Assembly: GCA_965219455.1 (NCBI GenBank)
Contig: OZ244744.1
Span: forward strand, 2,784,001 to 2,848,000
Source of the DNA: Candidatus Latescibacterota bacterium
GTDB taxonomy: Bacteria; Latescibacterota; UBA2968; GCA-2709665
DNA length: 64,000 nucleotides
Direction of reading: 5' to 3'
Shown here one piece after another: positions 62,868 to 64,000 of this stretch. The notes beneath the pieces are model-generated. The model ran no database searches and was not told the DNA's origin. It was given only the letters and a program-made list of their open reading frames with translations. Made by a program: the position numbers and the translations under genes. Positions within the stretch are counted from its first letter, which is position 1, and every line of letters starts with the position of its first letter.

Positions 62868-62936
62868 AGAATCCGAACAAACACGAATTGAAATCGCCAG
62901 GCCGAATCGCTAACCGGTTGTGGCTGAATGCTGATA

Positions 62937-64000
62937 GTGCGCCGTGAAAAGGCGCGGATCTTCAGTGGGTGAGAGTCCCACCCGACAAATGTTGCTGCAG
63001 TCGGAAGCAACCGGAGCGGTGAGGGAGGTAACGACATCGCCGAAGCCTCCGGTGTAAAGGGTCGCGCGGCGACCCCGCGAATATGCAGGCCGTAACGTGA
63101 GTGAACGCTGAGCAAGCCTCGAAAACTGCAATGCGGGCGCCGACCCGATTATCAGCCGGGGAAGGCCGCCGTCGTTGGGGAAGAGAGCAACGGGCGCACC
63201 CAACGGTCCCGCCGGGGTATTGGCGACGGCATGCATAGAAGGAGATCCGACGCAACACGGGAAGCCCCCGGCGGCGGAATGTGGACACCAACCGGCAGCC
63301 CGCGAGGGCCAGGCCGGGCCGTGGGGGGTGGCGGAGAGGCCCGTAGTACCCGTGATGCCGGGTAATGCCGGTGGAGGTAAGGGGCCTTGGTTCAAGGGCA
63401 ACGTCAAAGGAGCGAGAGCCGGGAGATTGGTGTGAGCCTAAGACCTCCAGACAAGGTTCGGAAGTTGCAGAGGACGTTGTATGCCAAAGCGAAGGAATCG
63501 CCCGATTACCGATTCTACGCACTGTATGACAAAGTGTATCGCGAGGACATCCTGCACTATGCCTACCGTTGTTGCAAGGCCAACGGCGGTGCGGCGGGCG
63601 TGGACAAAGAGCGCTTCGAGGATATCGAGTCATATGGACGAGAGCGGTGGTTGGGCGAACTGTCGGAAGCCGTGAGAAGCAAATCGTATCGGGCGTCTCC
63701 GATCCGCCGGGAGTATATCCCCAAGCCGAACGGTAAGCAAAGACCGCTTGGCATCCCGACGATCAAGGACCGGATGGTGCAAACGGCTGCGATGCTGGTA
63801 TTGGAGCCGATCTTTGAAGCGGACCTGCCAGAACAGCAGTATGCCTACCGTCCGAAGCGGAGCGCGCACGACGCCATCAGAGCCGTACACACCCTGGTGA
63901 ACAAGGGCCATACACAGGTGATCGAGGCCGACTTGAGCGGCTACTTCGACACGATCCCGCACGCCGAGTTGATGAAATCGGTGGCGCGTCGCATCTCGGA
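62937..64000 (+). mobile_element. Group II intron, copy 2 (3'-truncated by the window edge)
   Basis: 5' GTGCGCCGTGAAAAGGCGCGG as in copy 1; colinear but diverged RNA domains. Confidence 0.92.
63432..64000 (+). CDS. ltrA: Group II intron reverse transcriptase/maturase (partial)
   Basis: GTG AGC CTA AGA CCT... near-identical to the copy 1 ORF through EADLSGYFD. Confidence 0.9.
   Translation, partial: MSLRPPDKVRKLQRTLYAKAKESPDYRFYALYDKVYREDILHYAYRCCKANGGAAGVDKERFEDIESYGRERWLGELSEAVRSKSYRASPIRREYIPKPNGKQRPLGIPTIKDRMVQTAAMLVLEPIFEADLPEQQYAYRPKRSAHDAIRAVHTLVNKGHTQVIEADLSGYFDTIPHAELMKSVARRIS

Overview
GC-rich bacterial window. The gene content (heparinase-like, PhyH dioxygenases, FG-GAP, CocE, TRAP) suggests a heterotroph such as Latescibacterota/Gemmatimonadota, which is inference only. 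Housekeeping and metabolic genes (proS, polA, citrate synthase, msrA, DsbD, UbiD, TRAP) alternate with accessory regions. (1) An AT-rich islet downstream of proS (6.9-10.1 kb). (2) A defence-type region after polA: a dual-specificity phosphatase, a Type ISP-like nuclease-helicase-methyltransferase fused to an extra C-terminal domain with a coupled Cys/His partner gene, an internally deleted ATPase and a STAND-TPR protein. (3) Two related group II introns whose EBS1 loops differ but each match their own insertion site. (4) A translationally coupled, apparently leaderless HTH-led operon. Its second ORF looks like a deletion scar joining a Cas4/RecB-like nuclease N-terminus to a prokaryotic Argonaute PIWI C-terminus, and it is followed by an intact 123-aa protein and an HExxH metallopeptidase. 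This is the best candidate for an undescribed system. (5) A structured non-coding repeat family with a potential intrastrand triplex motif and REP palindromes. (6) BrnTA and a PIN toxin gene split by a 196-bp MITE. All family calls come from motifs recognised by eye; no database searches were run.
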